Virus record (IMG/VR): IMGVR_UViG_3300015263_000597
Span: 1 to 64,000 of that record
DNA: 64,000 bases
Strand: one strand, 5' to 3'
Origin: a virus
This document shows, piece after piece, positions 1-9,953 of the stretch; within the stretch, counting starts at the first letter, position 1, and each line of letters opens with the position of its first letter. The notes under the pieces were generated by a model. That model did not search any database. It saw only the letters and a program-made list of their open reading frames with translations, and was not told where the DNA came from. A program made the position numbers and the translations under genes.

Positions 1-262
1 GAAAGCTCTGCCATGATTATGGAGCGGGGAGCAGTGTTCGCCGACGAAGAGATCGCACAATGGAAGGAGAACGCAAAGTGAGAAACCTTCAGATCGAAGA
101 CATCGTTTGTGAAGGGCGGCACCAAGCGGTAACCCCTAGCGAGTGGGACTTTGACTTCTACGACGAGTCCTATACACCGCGCGCTGAGGTGTTCAACGAA
201 GACTTCGATATGGCTGACAACTGGCCAACGGCTAGAAAGCGCGAGCAGCCGTCGCCCAAGCA

Positions 263-291
263 TTGACAATCTGCAACGGACCTGCTAGTAT
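263..291 (+). promoter_or_regulatory. sigma70-type promoter
   Basis: TTGACA-17 nt-TAGTAT upstream of the HTH gene and polymerase operon. Confidence 0.7.
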
Positions 292-320
292 CCCCAGTGA
301 GTGGCCGCTCAGAGGATACT

Positions 321-563
321 ATGCAGAACGAAAACTTACGTACATACGTGCAAGACTTGCTGCACGGTAGTGGGCTGTCACTAGCACAGCTTGCACAGCT
401 GACAGGGTTAGACAAAGGGTGGTTGTGCCGAGCGATGAAGGGTACAGGTAGCGTGAACATGAGCGCGCAGACGTTGGCTAAGTTGGTGGCAGTGGGGTTA
501 GATCCGGCTGTAGCTATAGAGCACGCTGCGGCGGATAGTGATGAAAAGGAGAATGGTAAATGA
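321..563 (+). CDS. XRE-family HTH DNA-binding protein
   Basis: SGLSLAQLAQLTGLDKGWLCRAMKG helix-turn-helix pattern; ATG 321 has a GAGGA RBS (ORF track starts at 297). Confidence 0.7.
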   Translation: MQNENLRTYVQDLLHGSGLSLAQLAQLTGLDKGWLCRAMKGTGSVNMSAQTLAKLVAVGLDPAVAIEHAAADSDEKENGK

Positions 564-907
564 CACCTCCGTGGCCAGAACGTAATCCGTGTTACATATA
601 CCCAGGGGAGCAAGTGCGTGAGTTGCCGCTGTCTATGTGGGAAGAAGTACGCGACCTAGTAGGCAGCGACGACGCGGCGAGCTACCGCGCAGATAAATGT
701 CAAGAAAGAAAAGAAGCGCGGGAACTGATTGATAGTTTACGCACGTTGCATAAGGAAATTAGACCAATAGCCGACTTTATATCGTGGGACTGCGATGCCG
801 TGTCAGTTGGGCAAGGAGACGATTTCAGCTATCAGGTATACGCGTCTTTGCGTAATGATCAGATTTACAGCGGTGTGTTAGCAGCAATTGATGGAAGCTG
901 TACCTAA
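560..907 (+). CDS. hypothetical protein
   Basis: 115 aa ORF, ATGA overlap with upstream gene, AGGAG RBS. Confidence 0.55.
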   Translation: MTPPWPERNPCYIYPGEQVRELPLSMWEEVRDLVGSDDAASYRADKCQERKEARELIDSLRTLHKEIRPIADFISWDCDAVSVGQGDDFSYQVYASLRNDQIYSGVLAAIDGSCT

Positions 908-923
908 GTAAAGGATATACGAA

Positions 924-1142
924 ATGATTGAGGAAGAAATACGCCAAGAGCTTATGAATACGGGCAGGCTTGTAATGACTGTATGCACTCACTGTGGCGG
1001 GTACCCGGACGAGGACACGATAATGAACACTAGAGACACGGGCGACTGTGCGGAGTGTAGCGGTCGTGGGTATCACATACACGTATCTTATAGTGAACTG
1101 AAAAACTTCGACGAGCTGTCGAAGTACACACTGACAGATTAG
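924..1142 (+). CDS. small zinc-finger protein
   Basis: CTHCGG and CAECSGRG motifs, AAGGA RBS. Confidence 0.55.
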   Translation: MIEEEIRQELMNTGRLVMTVCTHCGGYPDEDTIMNTRDTGDCAECSGRGYHIHVSYSELKNFDELSKYTLTD

Positions 1143-1148
1143 CGCACT

Positions 1149-3989
1149 ATGTACCGCGTAGTTTTTGGCAAAGGTCCCAAACCTGCCCGTGTCGCCGCAG
1201 TAGGCGAGAAACCCGGCCGTGAGGAAGCCTATCGGGGTTACCCGTTCGCTGGCGCAAGTGGCAAAGATCTCAGTATGTATCTGCGTCCATACGGCATAGA
1301 CCCCCACGCTGAGTGGTATATAACTAATCTTGACAAGTCGTACGACGAAGGTAACCCGGACCCTACACCGGCGGACATAGAGCACTGGTCTGCGGTGCTG
1401 CGTGATGAACTGGATGAAGTTCAACCTGAGATTATTATCGCTATTGGACGCTACGCTGCTAGCTGGCTACTTGGTAGGCAAGTCGCTATGGAACGAGTGC
1501 ACGGCATGCCGTTCTATAACGCTTATAACGGCGCACACGTGCTGCCTGTGTATCACCCAGCAGCGGCTATGCATCAACCGCGATTTCAGCCCATGACGTC
1601 GTGGGACTATCAGCAAGTAGCGGACTTTATATACACGGGTAAAACGGCAAGGATGTTGCAAGTTGACGAGTATGAGGGGCGTGAGGACTATAGAGACGTG
1701 ACAGGGCAGGAGTTAGTGAAGCTGGCACGCCAGGGGCTCATTACCCCTCAGTACTCCCTTGACACAGAAGGCACCCCAGCAAACCCCTGGAGCGTGCAAG
1801 TATCCAGCACACCTGGCACAGGTTACACCTTGAGGTTAGGTAGCAGTGGGTTCGCCGAAGGAATAGGTACGCTACAGCGCCTTGCGAACGATAACACTGC
1901 GGATATTACTATCCATAACGCACTGTATGATATCCCGATGAGCCGTGTCATGGGGCTAGAGTTAGCTCATGTGCCTATGTGGGACAGTATGTACGCAGCA
2001 TACTTGCTGTGCTTTGAAGCACAAGGGCTGAAGAACCTTGCGTATAGATTTGCTGGCATGATCATGGATACGTTTAGCTCAGTGGTCAGCGGCGCAGGTA
2101 AGCAGAAGCAGTTAGAGTATTTGTTACAGGCAGCTAGTATCGATTGGCCCAAGCCAGCAGCTAGGCAGGTACGCACCAACAACGGCATTACACGAGAGTA
2201 CAGACCGACTGGGATGAACGCGAAGCTTACGCGGATGATTCGCAAGATAAATGAAACTGGCCTAGATCATGTTGATTTACTAGACAGCTGGTACAAGGTA
2301 TCCGGTGAGCAGTACGCAAAGGATGCTGCTATACAAGCGGTACGCATGGTCGAGAGTAGGCTAGGTGTATTCCCTGAACCAACACTTGCAGATGTGCCGT
2401 TAAACGTGGCTATCAGGTATGCGTCGAGAGACCCGGACGCAACATTGCGAGTAAGGTACGGCTTGGAAAAAGAACTAGAAGCGTATGACCTTGTCGACCT
2501 TATGCGCCGCGGCATGTATGCGCTACCCGTAGCCGAAGAGGTACAGGCAACTGGTATGCCAGCGGTGAGGCCACACTTTGAAGCACTTCATGATGAAATG
2601 ATGATCAATGCGCACAGTGTGCAGGACACAATCATAGATATGTTCGTGCCTAGACAGCTTGTGAAGGTTAAGATAAAGGTACCGAAAACAAACGAAGACG
2701 GCACCCCGCAGGTTACTAGAGCTGGCAAAGTTAAGATGAAGACTGTGGCCCTTGAGCAGCTACAGTCTCCAGGATTCAATCCTCGCAGCTCCAAACAAGT
2801 CGCTGAGATGATCACACGGCGAGGACTAAAAGCTCTTAAAATGACAAAAGCTGGCGCACCGTCTACAAGTGCGAAGTCCATAGGTCATCTGGTTCGTGAA
2901 GACGACTTCGTAAGACAGCTGTTTGAATACCGGCACTACTGTAAGGTAGCGGGGGACTTCTGTAAACCTCCTTTAGACAGGCTGCCAGAGAACGCGACAG
3001 CCCCTCTCCCTGTGTATGCGCGATGGTCTATAACAAGGACCACGAGTAGAAGATACGCGACTAGTGGGAAATCTGATTCGTACGAAATTCAAGACATAGC
3101 CGGTCCTGATGAGCCAGACTTGCTAGATGTGAGTGAAGACTTAGCAGACGATTCGCCAGTGCGTACTGCTCGTGTAGCTGGGTTCAACTTGATGAATATA
3201 CCCATTCGCACAGAGCTGGGTAAGCGAGTGCGTGCAGGCTACCAGTGTCCTGCTGGGTACAAAATGATGTCTGTTGATTACGGCAAGATTGAGCCACGAG
3301 TGCTTGCACATCTGTCAGCCGATGAGCTTATGTGTGCAATCTTCCACGAGGATAGGAATATCTACAAAGAGACAGGCGCGCGGTGCTTCGGGGTGCCAAT
3401 TGAGCAAATAACTCAGGAGCAATACAACGTCAGTAAGACCCTGGTACTTGGGCAAATGTACGGTATGGGCGCACTGGCGCTACGCGACACGCTGTGGGCA
3501 CAGGGGTTGTTACACTGGATACTAGAGCAGTGTGAACAGCTTGTAGACGGATTCTGGAATACGTTCCATGGCGCAGCAGAGTACAAACGGCAAGTAGCAG
3601 CAGAAGCACGCGCGGCTGGATTCGTCCGGGATCACTGGGGGATGTATAGGTACCTGCCTAACCTGAACTCGCACGATTTTAAGTTACGTGCCGAGGCTGA
3701 GCGCCATGCAGTTAGTCACAAGGTACAACCTATGGCGCAGGGGATGTTACAGAACGCAACAGGGCGGCTGTGGAGGGAGTTATGCAAGCTGAGAGCAGAA
3801 GGCGTAGACGCTAGGATGTGTTTGCAAATGCACGATGAAATCGTGCTGATATACAGGGACGATCCTGGCGTAGGGGAACTGCTGGAAGCCCTGACCATTG
3901 ATTCATTTGTCAACTACGCAGACGTAGAACTGTCAGTGCCAGTAGTGGCAGAAGCGGCGCACGGAACAAGCTGGGCGGAATTGAAGTAA
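1149..3989 (+). CDS. polA: family A DNA polymerase with N-terminal family-4 uracil-DNA glycosylase domain and 3'-5' exonuclease
   Basis: UDG: VGEKPGREE..GYPFAGASG, YHPAA; exonuclease: DTEG, HNALYD, YASRD; polymerase motif A DYGKIEPRVLAHLS, motif B KTLVLGQMYG, motif C MHDEIV. Confidence 0.92.
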   Translation: MYRVVFGKGPKPARVAAVGEKPGREEAYRGYPFAGASGKDLSMYLRPYGIDPHAEWYITNLDKSYDEGNPDPTPADIEHWSAVLRDELDEVQPEIIIAIGRYAASWLLGRQVAMERVHGMPFYNAYNGAHVLPVYHPAAAMHQPRFQPMTSWDYQQVADFIYTGKTARMLQVDEYEGREDYRDVTGQELVKLARQGLITPQYSLDTEGTPANPWSVQVSSTPGTGYTLRLGSSGFAEGIGTLQRLANDNTADITIHNALYDIPMSRVMGLELAHVPMWDSMYAAYLLCFEAQGLKNLAYRFAGMIMDTFSSVVSGAGKQKQLEYLLQAASIDWPKPAARQVRTNNGITREYRPTGMNAKLTRMIRKINETGLDHVDLLDSWYKVSGEQYAKDAAIQAVRMVESRLGVFPEPTLADVPLNVAIRYASRDPDATLRVRYGLEKELEAYDLVDLMRRGMYALPVAEEVQATGMPAVRPHFEALHDEMMINAHSVQDTIIDMFVPRQLVKVKIKVPKTNEDGTPQVTRAGKVKMKTVALEQLQSPGFNPRSSKQVAEMITRRGLKALKMTKAGAPSTSAKSIGHLVREDDFVRQLFEYRHYCKVAGDFCKPPLDRLPENATAPLPVYARWSITRTTSRRYATSGKSDSYEIQDIAGPDEPDLLDVSEDLADDSPVRTARVAGFNLMNIPIRTELGKRVRAGYQCPAGYKMMSVDYGKIEPRVLAHLSADELMCAIFHEDRNIYKETGARCFGVPIEQITQEQYNVSKTLVLGQMYGMGALALRDTLWAQGLLHWILEQCEQLVDGFWNTFHGAAEYKRQVAAEARAAGFVRDHWGMYRYLPNLNSHDFKLRAEAERHAVSHKVQPMAQGMLQNATGRLWRELCKLRAEGVDARMCLQMHDEIVLIYRDDPGVGELLEALTIDSFVNYADVELSVPVVAEAAHGTSWAELK

Positions 3990-4184
3990 GGATATCGCAA
4001 TGCCAGTTACACAGGCAGATAGAATAGTAAACGACTTGCAAGCTGTCATAGATGCACTGCGCACGGCTGGTAAAGTGTGTGCGTTCACAAATGGGCCACT
4101 CCTTAGCCAGCCTTGCTATTGCCGCTATTGCTGCAACAAATTTGGACCCGGCGGGAGACCGTCACAACAAGAAAGGGCGGAAAG

Positions 4185-4721
4185 GTGAAGGTAATCGTTG
4201 GCGATCTCGTCCAGTTATCCAAAGCTGGCTATTTCGACGTCATCGTACATGGGTGTAATTGCCAGGGTGTAATGGGCGCAGGAATCGCACGACAGATAGC
4301 ACACGCATTTCCTGAAGCACGTGTCGCAGATACTCTCTATGAGGTATCTGCGGAAGAAAAACTCGGAACTATATCGACTGCATGGACTGTGACAGACGCA
4401 GGCACAGCATTGCTTGTAGTCAATGCGTATACGCAACTACACTTCGGGCGAGGAATACAGCAGGTTAGCTATGACGCAGTCAGCGCATCATTTGAAGAAA
4501 TCGCGTATCTGTGTCACGTAGTTATCCCAAGGGTTGAATCTGAGGCTGCTATGCTGTGTGACTTACACACACCTGACCATAGGATGCGTATCGGTTACCC
4601 ACGCATCGGCGCTGGTCTGGGCGGTGGTGACTGGCGGGTGATAGAGGACATCATTGACAAAAAGCTGGCGGGGCTAGACCACACCTTAGTAGTGTTGAAA
4701 GGAGACACAACATGCGCATAG
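4185..4721 (+). CDS. macrodomain (ADP-ribose binding/hydrolase) protein
   Basis: GDL, HGCNCQGVMGAGIA, PRIGAGLGGGDW motifs; GTG start at 4185 overlaps the upstream stop. Confidence 0.88.
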   Translation: MKVIVGDLVQLSKAGYFDVIVHGCNCQGVMGAGIARQIAHAFPEARVADTLYEVSAEEKLGTISTAWTVTDAGTALLVVNAYTQLHFGRGIQQVSYDAVSASFEEIAYLCHVVIPRVESEAAMLCDLHTPDHRMRIGYPRIGAGLGGGDWRVIEDIIDKKLAGLDHTLVVLKGDTTCA

Positions 4722-4999
4722 TAGGTATAGAGCACTGGAATCCAGACTGGGAGTTCGGACACCCTGTAATCATCGTGCATCCTGGCTTCAGCTCGCATAC
4801 TGACCAAATTTATCAAGTGCTGGCCGAAAGCCATTACGAGGAATTCACAATAGATGGTACATGGCCGACAGAAGAAGAGCCCGCATGGACGCACGAAGGT
4901 CCCATGGACCACAAAACAGCAAAGGGCGTCTATACCGCCTTATCCCGTGGTCGTTATGTGCGTGGGTGGACTACGTTCGTGTACGACACAGAGGATTAG
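4712..4999 (+). CDS. hypothetical protein
   Basis: 95 aa ORF with AGGAG RBS. Confidence 0.5.
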   Translation: MRIVGIEHWNPDWEFGHPVIIVHPGFSSHTDQIYQVLAESHYEEFTIDGTWPTEEEPAWTHEGPMDHKTAKGVYTALSRGRYVRGWTTFVYDTED

Positions 5000-5117
5000 C
5001 AGCGCGAGTAGTTAGGCTCTAAGTACACCATACTGACGTCATAACGCGTCATGCCCTCCTCGCACTAAACGACTTCCGGACCCTCTTATCCTCAATGAAC
5101 TTTTTTCACTTCGCCTA

Positions 5118-5146
5118 TTGACAAGCTGCAACGCGTACACTACAGT
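5118..5146 (+). promoter_or_regulatory. sigma70-type promoter
   Basis: TTGACA-17 nt-TACAGT with upstream T-tract; spacer start CTGCAACG shared with the promoter at 263. Confidence 0.75.
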
Positions 5147-5243
5147 AGCAGGACACTAAGCAACTGGCGCGCCGGGGGCCAGATGTACACAGACTGACTT
5201 AACGCCACTCGTGCCCGTCCCGGCCGGGCAGTAAGGAGACTCC

Positions 5244-5546
5244 ATGTCCGAGAACACCCCTGTCAAACGTCGCCGCAGTGCCTCTAGCAAGATCACTCTG
5301 AACCTCTCCGCTCAGACTCGCGCTGTGCTCGCCAAAAAGCACACGGCCAGCGGGAGCGATGAGAAGTTTACGGACTGGGCCGCAGGGTATGCGGCGCAAG
5401 TCCTTGAGGACCACTTGGAAGAGGAGGAGGCTGAGACTATTGCGGAAGTCGTCGCCGAGCAACAAGCGACCTACGTGACGACCCTGGACGGCATCCCGCT
5501 CAACGTCATCAGTAACTACATGGCCAACACCGCCCGCGAGGACTGA
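5244..5546 (+). CDS. putative ribbon-helix-helix-like DNA-binding protein
   Basis: basic N-terminus, KITLNLS strand followed by two helices; TAAGGAG RBS. Confidence 0.45.
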   Translation: MSENTPVKRRRSASSKITLNLSAQTRAVLAKKHTASGSDEKFTDWAAGYAAQVLEDHLEEEEAETIAEVVAEQQATYVTTLDGIPLNVISNYMANTARED

Positions 5547-5549
5547 TCT

Positions 5550-6269
5550 GTGAAGCCCGAGACCGTCGAACGTATCCAGAACTGGCAATTAAAGGTCATC
5601 GGCAGCGCCATGGTCATCGTCAGCACAGCGTTGCTGGGTGGCGCCGTGGTAACAGCAAAGACTGGCACACCGCCGTCACACTTCATGTGGACGTATGTTC
5701 CAGCAGTAGCTGTCGGAGTTGTTGCCGTACTAACTGCCAGCATGACCGTGTCACGCGCTATTACAGACACGACTATGCCAGCATGGATGCGCGGCGGTCT
5801 CGGGTGTACGTGGCTATTTCAGTTTGTAAGCATGTGCCTGGTTATACCAGTGTATATGTTGGCAGCTAGCCTAAGCAAGAGTTTTGACAAAACGATTGGA
5901 TGGATATTCGATAATCCAGAGGTAGGTGGGTCTACGCTAGCGCTGTATGCCGTACTGACCGCCAGTCTAGAGATTGGGTACCCCGCATTTCTGGTAACTG
6001 CGTTCCACCACAAGCGAAAAGAGCACGCTACTGCGATGGCTACGATCGGCCTCAACCAACAACAGGCCGCAGTGATCAAGCTGCTAACTATGCTTAACAT
6101 GCCAATGACTAAGCAGGCGATCCGAGAACAGCTTGCAGAAGATGGCACCGAGCTAGATTCGCAAGAAATGGGTAACCTGATAGATCCGATGGTGAGGAAC
6201 GGGAAGCTGGCTAAGGATGGGATGGGTAAGGGTGCGACGTATACGGTGATACCTGAGGGGCTGGCATGA
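5550..6269 (+). CDS. multi-pass membrane protein with C-terminal winged-helix-like domain
   Basis: about 4 hydrophobic segments, then PMTKQAIREQL..LIDPMVRNGKLAKDGMGKGATY. Confidence 0.55.
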   Translation: MKPETVERIQNWQLKVIGSAMVIVSTALLGGAVVTAKTGTPPSHFMWTYVPAVAVGVVAVLTASMTVSRAITDTTMPAWMRGGLGCTWLFQFVSMCLVIPVYMLAASLSKSFDKTIGWIFDNPEVGGSTLALYAVLTASLEIGYPAFLVTAFHHKRKEHATAMATIGLNQQQAAVIKLLTMLNMPMTKQAIREQLAEDGTELDSQEMGNLIDPMVRNGKLAKDGMGKGATYTVIPEGLA

Positions 6270-6598
6270 TCATTACTGCCTATGAGTTTAGCTGGTCGCT
6301 TGGTTGTGCAGCTTATCTTCCTGGTTGCCAGGGAGTTCACGGCGACGGTACTTATGTCGCAACGTCTAGAGCCGGTATGCGAGACATCGTTGTTTCGAGA
6401 ATTCCAGAAGCACAGCTAGAATTCAAGCCAGCCCGTGGGCGAACTGTTGATGAGGTGCGCGCAGAAGCACGGGGAGAAGATGTCTTTAGTAACCTTTCTC
6501 TGGGATTGTCAGTCGCAGACACAGGCCCAGATGATATTCCGTTCACAAGCCGCAAGGAAGCGATCTCCTATTTGGACAGTCTTCTTACAGTGCGGTAA
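6266..6598 (+). CDS. hypothetical protein
   Basis: 110 aa ORF, ATGA overlap. Confidence 0.5.
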   Translation: MIITAYEFSWSLGCAAYLPGCQGVHGDGTYVATSRAGMRDIVVSRIPEAQLEFKPARGRTVDEVRAEARGEDVFSNLSLGLSVADTGPDDIPFTSRKEAISYLDSLLTVR

Positions 6599-6616
6599 CG
6601 CACTATAGGAACCGCT

Positions 6617-6706
6617 ATGAAGCACAAAAACGGCAAACGTTCTAAACAAGGGCGCCGTAAACGCAAGCTTGCACGTAAGGATAAGAAGAAGGGCATGAAG
6701 AGATGA
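6617..6706 (+). CDS. 29-aa Lys/Arg-rich peptide
   Basis: MKHKNGKRSKQGRRKRKLARKDKKKGMKR; AGGA RBS; stop overlaps next ATG; below ORF-track cutoff. Confidence 0.5.
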   Translation: MKHKNGKRSKQGRRKRKLARKDKKKGMKR

Positions 6707-7269
6707 GTACGTTTGTTCTGCCAGACTTACCTGTCCATGTGCCTGAAGTGATGGACGCTATCACGATCACTACGACAGAGCAAGCGAACAGCTTACGATT
6801 CCGTAGAGAGCTACTTAGAGACGCTCTGGAGGAAGTAAGAAAAGACTTCTTGCCTACGGAGACGGCCATCAGGGACGCATTGAACACCTGTGTCAAGCAA
6901 AGAAAGGCGCATGAAACGCCGATATTGCAGGAAGACGAGCTTATCAAAGCTGCACTTGACGCGTGGGAGACGGAGCGTTTACAGGCTCATCGTCAGCTAG
7001 AAGCACAACTGGACGACATACGCAAGTCCGCAGAAGCAGAAGGTGTGAGTCTGGTACTGCCTACACGTAAATTACCGAGTTTGGGCGGGACGATTGTCAA
7101 GTCAGCTGTGGTCACTGATCCGGCCAAGGTAAAACGAGAGTACATGGTGCCAGATATGAAGAAGATCAACGCGGCTGCTAAGCGTCATGGCAAAGAAGTG
7201 GAAACGATTGTAGGCGGAGTAGTGTACGTAGAGGAAGTGAGCACAAGGCGCAGAACGAGGAGGCAGTAA
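6703..7269 (+). CDS. coiled-coil phage protein (Gp157/Gam-like C-terminus)
   Basis: helical N-terminal part; C-terminal VTDPAKVKREYMVPDMKKINAAAK...GGV pattern. Confidence 0.5.
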   Translation: MSTFVLPDLPVHVPEVMDAITITTTEQANSLRFRRELLRDALEEVRKDFLPTETAIRDALNTCVKQRKAHETPILQEDELIKAALDAWETERLQAHRQLEAQLDDIRKSAEAEGVSLVLPTRKLPSLGGTIVKSAVVTDPAKVKREYMVPDMKKINAAAKRHGKEVETIVGGVVYVEEVSTRRRTRRQ

Positions 7270-7476
7270 TGGCGCAAGGATTCGCAGCGTATATACGGCG
7301 AACAGACGGCGCATGGTACCGCCCTGGTGGGTTTATACCGTGTAGCCCGCACTACGCCGAACCACTGGGCGGCAGCTTCGTGGTGAAGAATCCAGACGGA
7401 CACCAGATACAAGCACTTGTGCAAAAAGCCAGAGAGTGCGAAGGATGCGTCATACTAATTCCTTACGAGATCAGCG

Positions 7477-9018
7477 ATGACACCTAGAGACCTTGGGTTG
7501 CCGTTTGATGAGTTCCGCGCTGGGCAGCTGGGCACCGCCTGCTCCCTGGACGAATCAATCTCCTATGCCACGATATTCCGTGCGCCCCCTGGCACAGGTA
7601 AAACTCTGACGTATATGACAGCAGCTCAGTTAGGAGCATTGCGGTCGTCTGGTGCATTTCGTACCTGTGTGCTTACTAGTACCAAACGCCTACAGGATCA
7701 GATCTATACTGATTTTCAACCCACTGGAATGGTAGATGTACGCGGCAAAGCAAACTATCCTTGCCACGAGATTCAAGGACTACAGTGTGACGATATCACA
7801 GCACCCTGTAACCATGGTGAACACTGTGCAAGGAAGGCTACAACGTGTGCGTATTACGCAACAGTACGTAAAGCAACAACAGCCGGCAGCATAGTGACGT
7901 CATATGCGTTCTACTTAAACAGGGCTTTGCATGGTCAAGACCTCGGAACGTTTGACCTACTAGTGTGTGATGAAGCCCATCTAGCACTTGACTGGCTAAC
8001 TAACGTGTTGTCATTCTCACTCATGCCTAAACACGTCAAAGACCTGTCTGGTATGGAGCTAGAGATTACAGACGATGCTGATCTTCTCCGTGTGTGGGCA
8101 TACGCAGCTATCGATGCGCTACGCACTGAGTACGTCAAGTGTAAGAAAGATCGCGTACGGCAACAGAATATCACAGCGCTAGGTCAGAACCTGGGTAGGT
8201 TCCTACACGATTCGGTAGAGTGGGTACTTGATGCTGATAAACATGGCGTAAACCTGCGGCCAGTCAACCCAGGGCATGTGTTCAGTCACTTCTTATGGCA
8301 GCACGCTAGGAAAGTCGTTCTGTGTAGTGCAACTGTATATCGAGAAGACGCCATGATGCTGGGGCTCAACGACGTCGTAGAAATCACAGTGCCAAGTACG
8401 TTCCCTGCTGAGCGGCGACCGGTGATACTGTACGACAAAGCCCCCGCTATTCTCATGTCACACAGGACAACAGACGAAGAATTAGCAATCATTGTAGATC
8501 GCATAGATAACGTCGTTGAGTCCATGCCGGAACAAAAAGGCATCGTGCAGTGTACAAGCTACTGGCAGGCACAGCGTATCAAGAAGATGTCCCGCATGGC
8601 AGGACGTATGCTTGTAGCTGACAGGAACCGTAGCCAGCTACGACTGTTCACACAGAGTACCAATGGAGTGCTGGTGAGCCCGACTGTGAAGGAAGGCGTC
8701 GACTTTCCACACGACGCATGCAGGTTTGTAATTTTCCCCAAAGTGCCGTTCCCACACACTGGGGACAAGCTAACAAAGGCACGTACCGAGCTGTATAAGC
8801 AGCATGGCATAAAGTACATAGACCACCTAGCCGTGCGGTCATTCGTACAGATGTCATTGCGTGCAATGAGAGCCCATGACGATTACTGTTTGATCGTCTT
8901 GCTAGACGGTCACTTTGACCAGTGGTTGGTGAGAGTCGCTGACCACTTCGAACCCTGGTTTACGGAAGCGATATCCGTAACCGACACGTTACCAACGTTG
9001 GAGAATGTGACACAATGA
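7477..9018 (+). CDS. DinG/Rad3-like SF2 helicase with Cys cluster
   Basis: Q motif FRAGQ, Walker A APPGTGKT, RGKANYPC plus Cys cluster, DEAH, SAT, EGVDF, KVPFP. Confidence 0.88.
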   Translation: MTPRDLGLPFDEFRAGQLGTACSLDESISYATIFRAPPGTGKTLTYMTAAQLGALRSSGAFRTCVLTSTKRLQDQIYTDFQPTGMVDVRGKANYPCHEIQGLQCDDITAPCNHGEHCARKATTCAYYATVRKATTAGSIVTSYAFYLNRALHGQDLGTFDLLVCDEAHLALDWLTNVLSFSLMPKHVKDLSGMELEITDDADLLRVWAYAAIDALRTEYVKCKKDRVRQQNITALGQNLGRFLHDSVEWVLDADKHGVNLRPVNPGHVFSHFLWQHARKVVLCSATVYREDAMMLGLNDVVEITVPSTFPAERRPVILYDKAPAILMSHRTTDEELAIIVDRIDNVVESMPEQKGIVQCTSYWQAQRIKKMSRMAGRMLVADRNRSQLRLFTQSTNGVLVSPTVKEGVDFPHDACRFVIFPKVPFPHTGDKLTKARTELYKQHGIKYIDHLAVRSFVQMSLRAMRAHDDYCLIVLLDGHFDQWLVRVADHFEPWFTEAISVTDTLPTLENVTQ

Positions 9019-9953
9019 GTGAAGCCACACACAGTAACCCTCTGCTGAACGCACCTACACCTGCTACCGGCGACAGCATCTTCCACTGCCTTACTGGCAC
9101 GTTTCTTGACGCATACTTCGCACCGTACGCGATGTATGGCGAGAAAAAGGTTGACGGATGTTTCTTCCACTACACTATCCTGCCGGACCCGGGAGAGAAG
9201 TGCTTGGAACATCTTGGGAAGACCAACGGACTTCTTGTCCGCTTCTTGAGCGCGGGATCGTACAACAAGACGAAGGTTGGCGTGACTCCGTCAGAAGAAT
9301 TGGACCTGTCGCTGCCGCTTGACCAGCAGCGAGGGAACTTCTTGATTCCTCAGGGCGGGCGGACCGACGTCGTCCAGAACAGCCGGTTTGGTGTTTTCAT
9401 CCAGCACATCCAGGAGCTTATCGCGGAAGGAGAGCTTGACGCAGATAGGTTTGCGAATGGCGACATTGCTGAGGCGCTTGTCGGAGTGCGTGCGCACTTC
9501 GTCGGCGTTGATCAGCCGAAATGGGAACGGAAGGGAGGCAAGAAGAAAGGTGCCGCCGACGTGTTTGGCGGCCACAAGAAAGATGAAGAGAAAGAGCCTG
9601 AGCAGATCATGGTCCTTGACACGATCGAAGGATACCTCAACGGTGAGGAACTTGAGAAACTCAAGGCTACGGCGGGTAGCATGAATGGCACATCGACTGC
9701 TCCAGCTACCACTGCCAACCCTGAGCATGTCGCCACGATGGAAGCCCTCGTTCTGGCCACGTTGTCAGAAAAGGGCAAAGTGGAGCTTGGCGACATCGCG
9801 CCGATGGTTGCCAAGGCGCTGCACGACGACAGTAATCCTGGCGTCACACCGGCCAACCGTGCCGAGATCATGAAACTCGGCCGGCCAGACTGGCTGTTCA
9901 GTGACGAACGGCCTTGGTTGTACGAAGGCAAGACGGTTACAGCGGCCAAGTAG
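9015..9953 (+). CDS. hypothetical replication protein (possible ssDNA-binding protein)
   Basis: 312 aa ORF with GC3-rich codons, located between helicase and nuclease; function inferred from position only. Confidence 0.45.
   Translation: MSEATHSNPLLNAPTPATGDSIFHCLTGTFLDAYFAPYAMYGEKKVDGCFFHYTILPDPGEKCLEHLGKTNGLLVRFLSAGSYNKTKVGVTPSEELDLSLPLDQQRGNFLIPQGGRTDVVQNSRFGVFIQHIQELIAEGELDADRFANGDIAEALVGVRAHFVGVDQPKWERKGGKKKGAADVFGGHKKDEEKEPEQIMVLDTIEGYLNGEELEKLKATAGSMNGTSTAPATTANPEHVATMEALVLATLSEKGKVELGDIAPMVAKALHDDSNPGVTPANRAEIMKLGRPDWLFSDERPWLYEGKTVTAAK

Noticed and set aside
1149-3989. Inteins in polA (and terL) explaining the insertions
   Set aside because: No intein N-terminal C/S block, HN-C/S/T junction or LAGLIDADG motifs were seen; the insertions are short.
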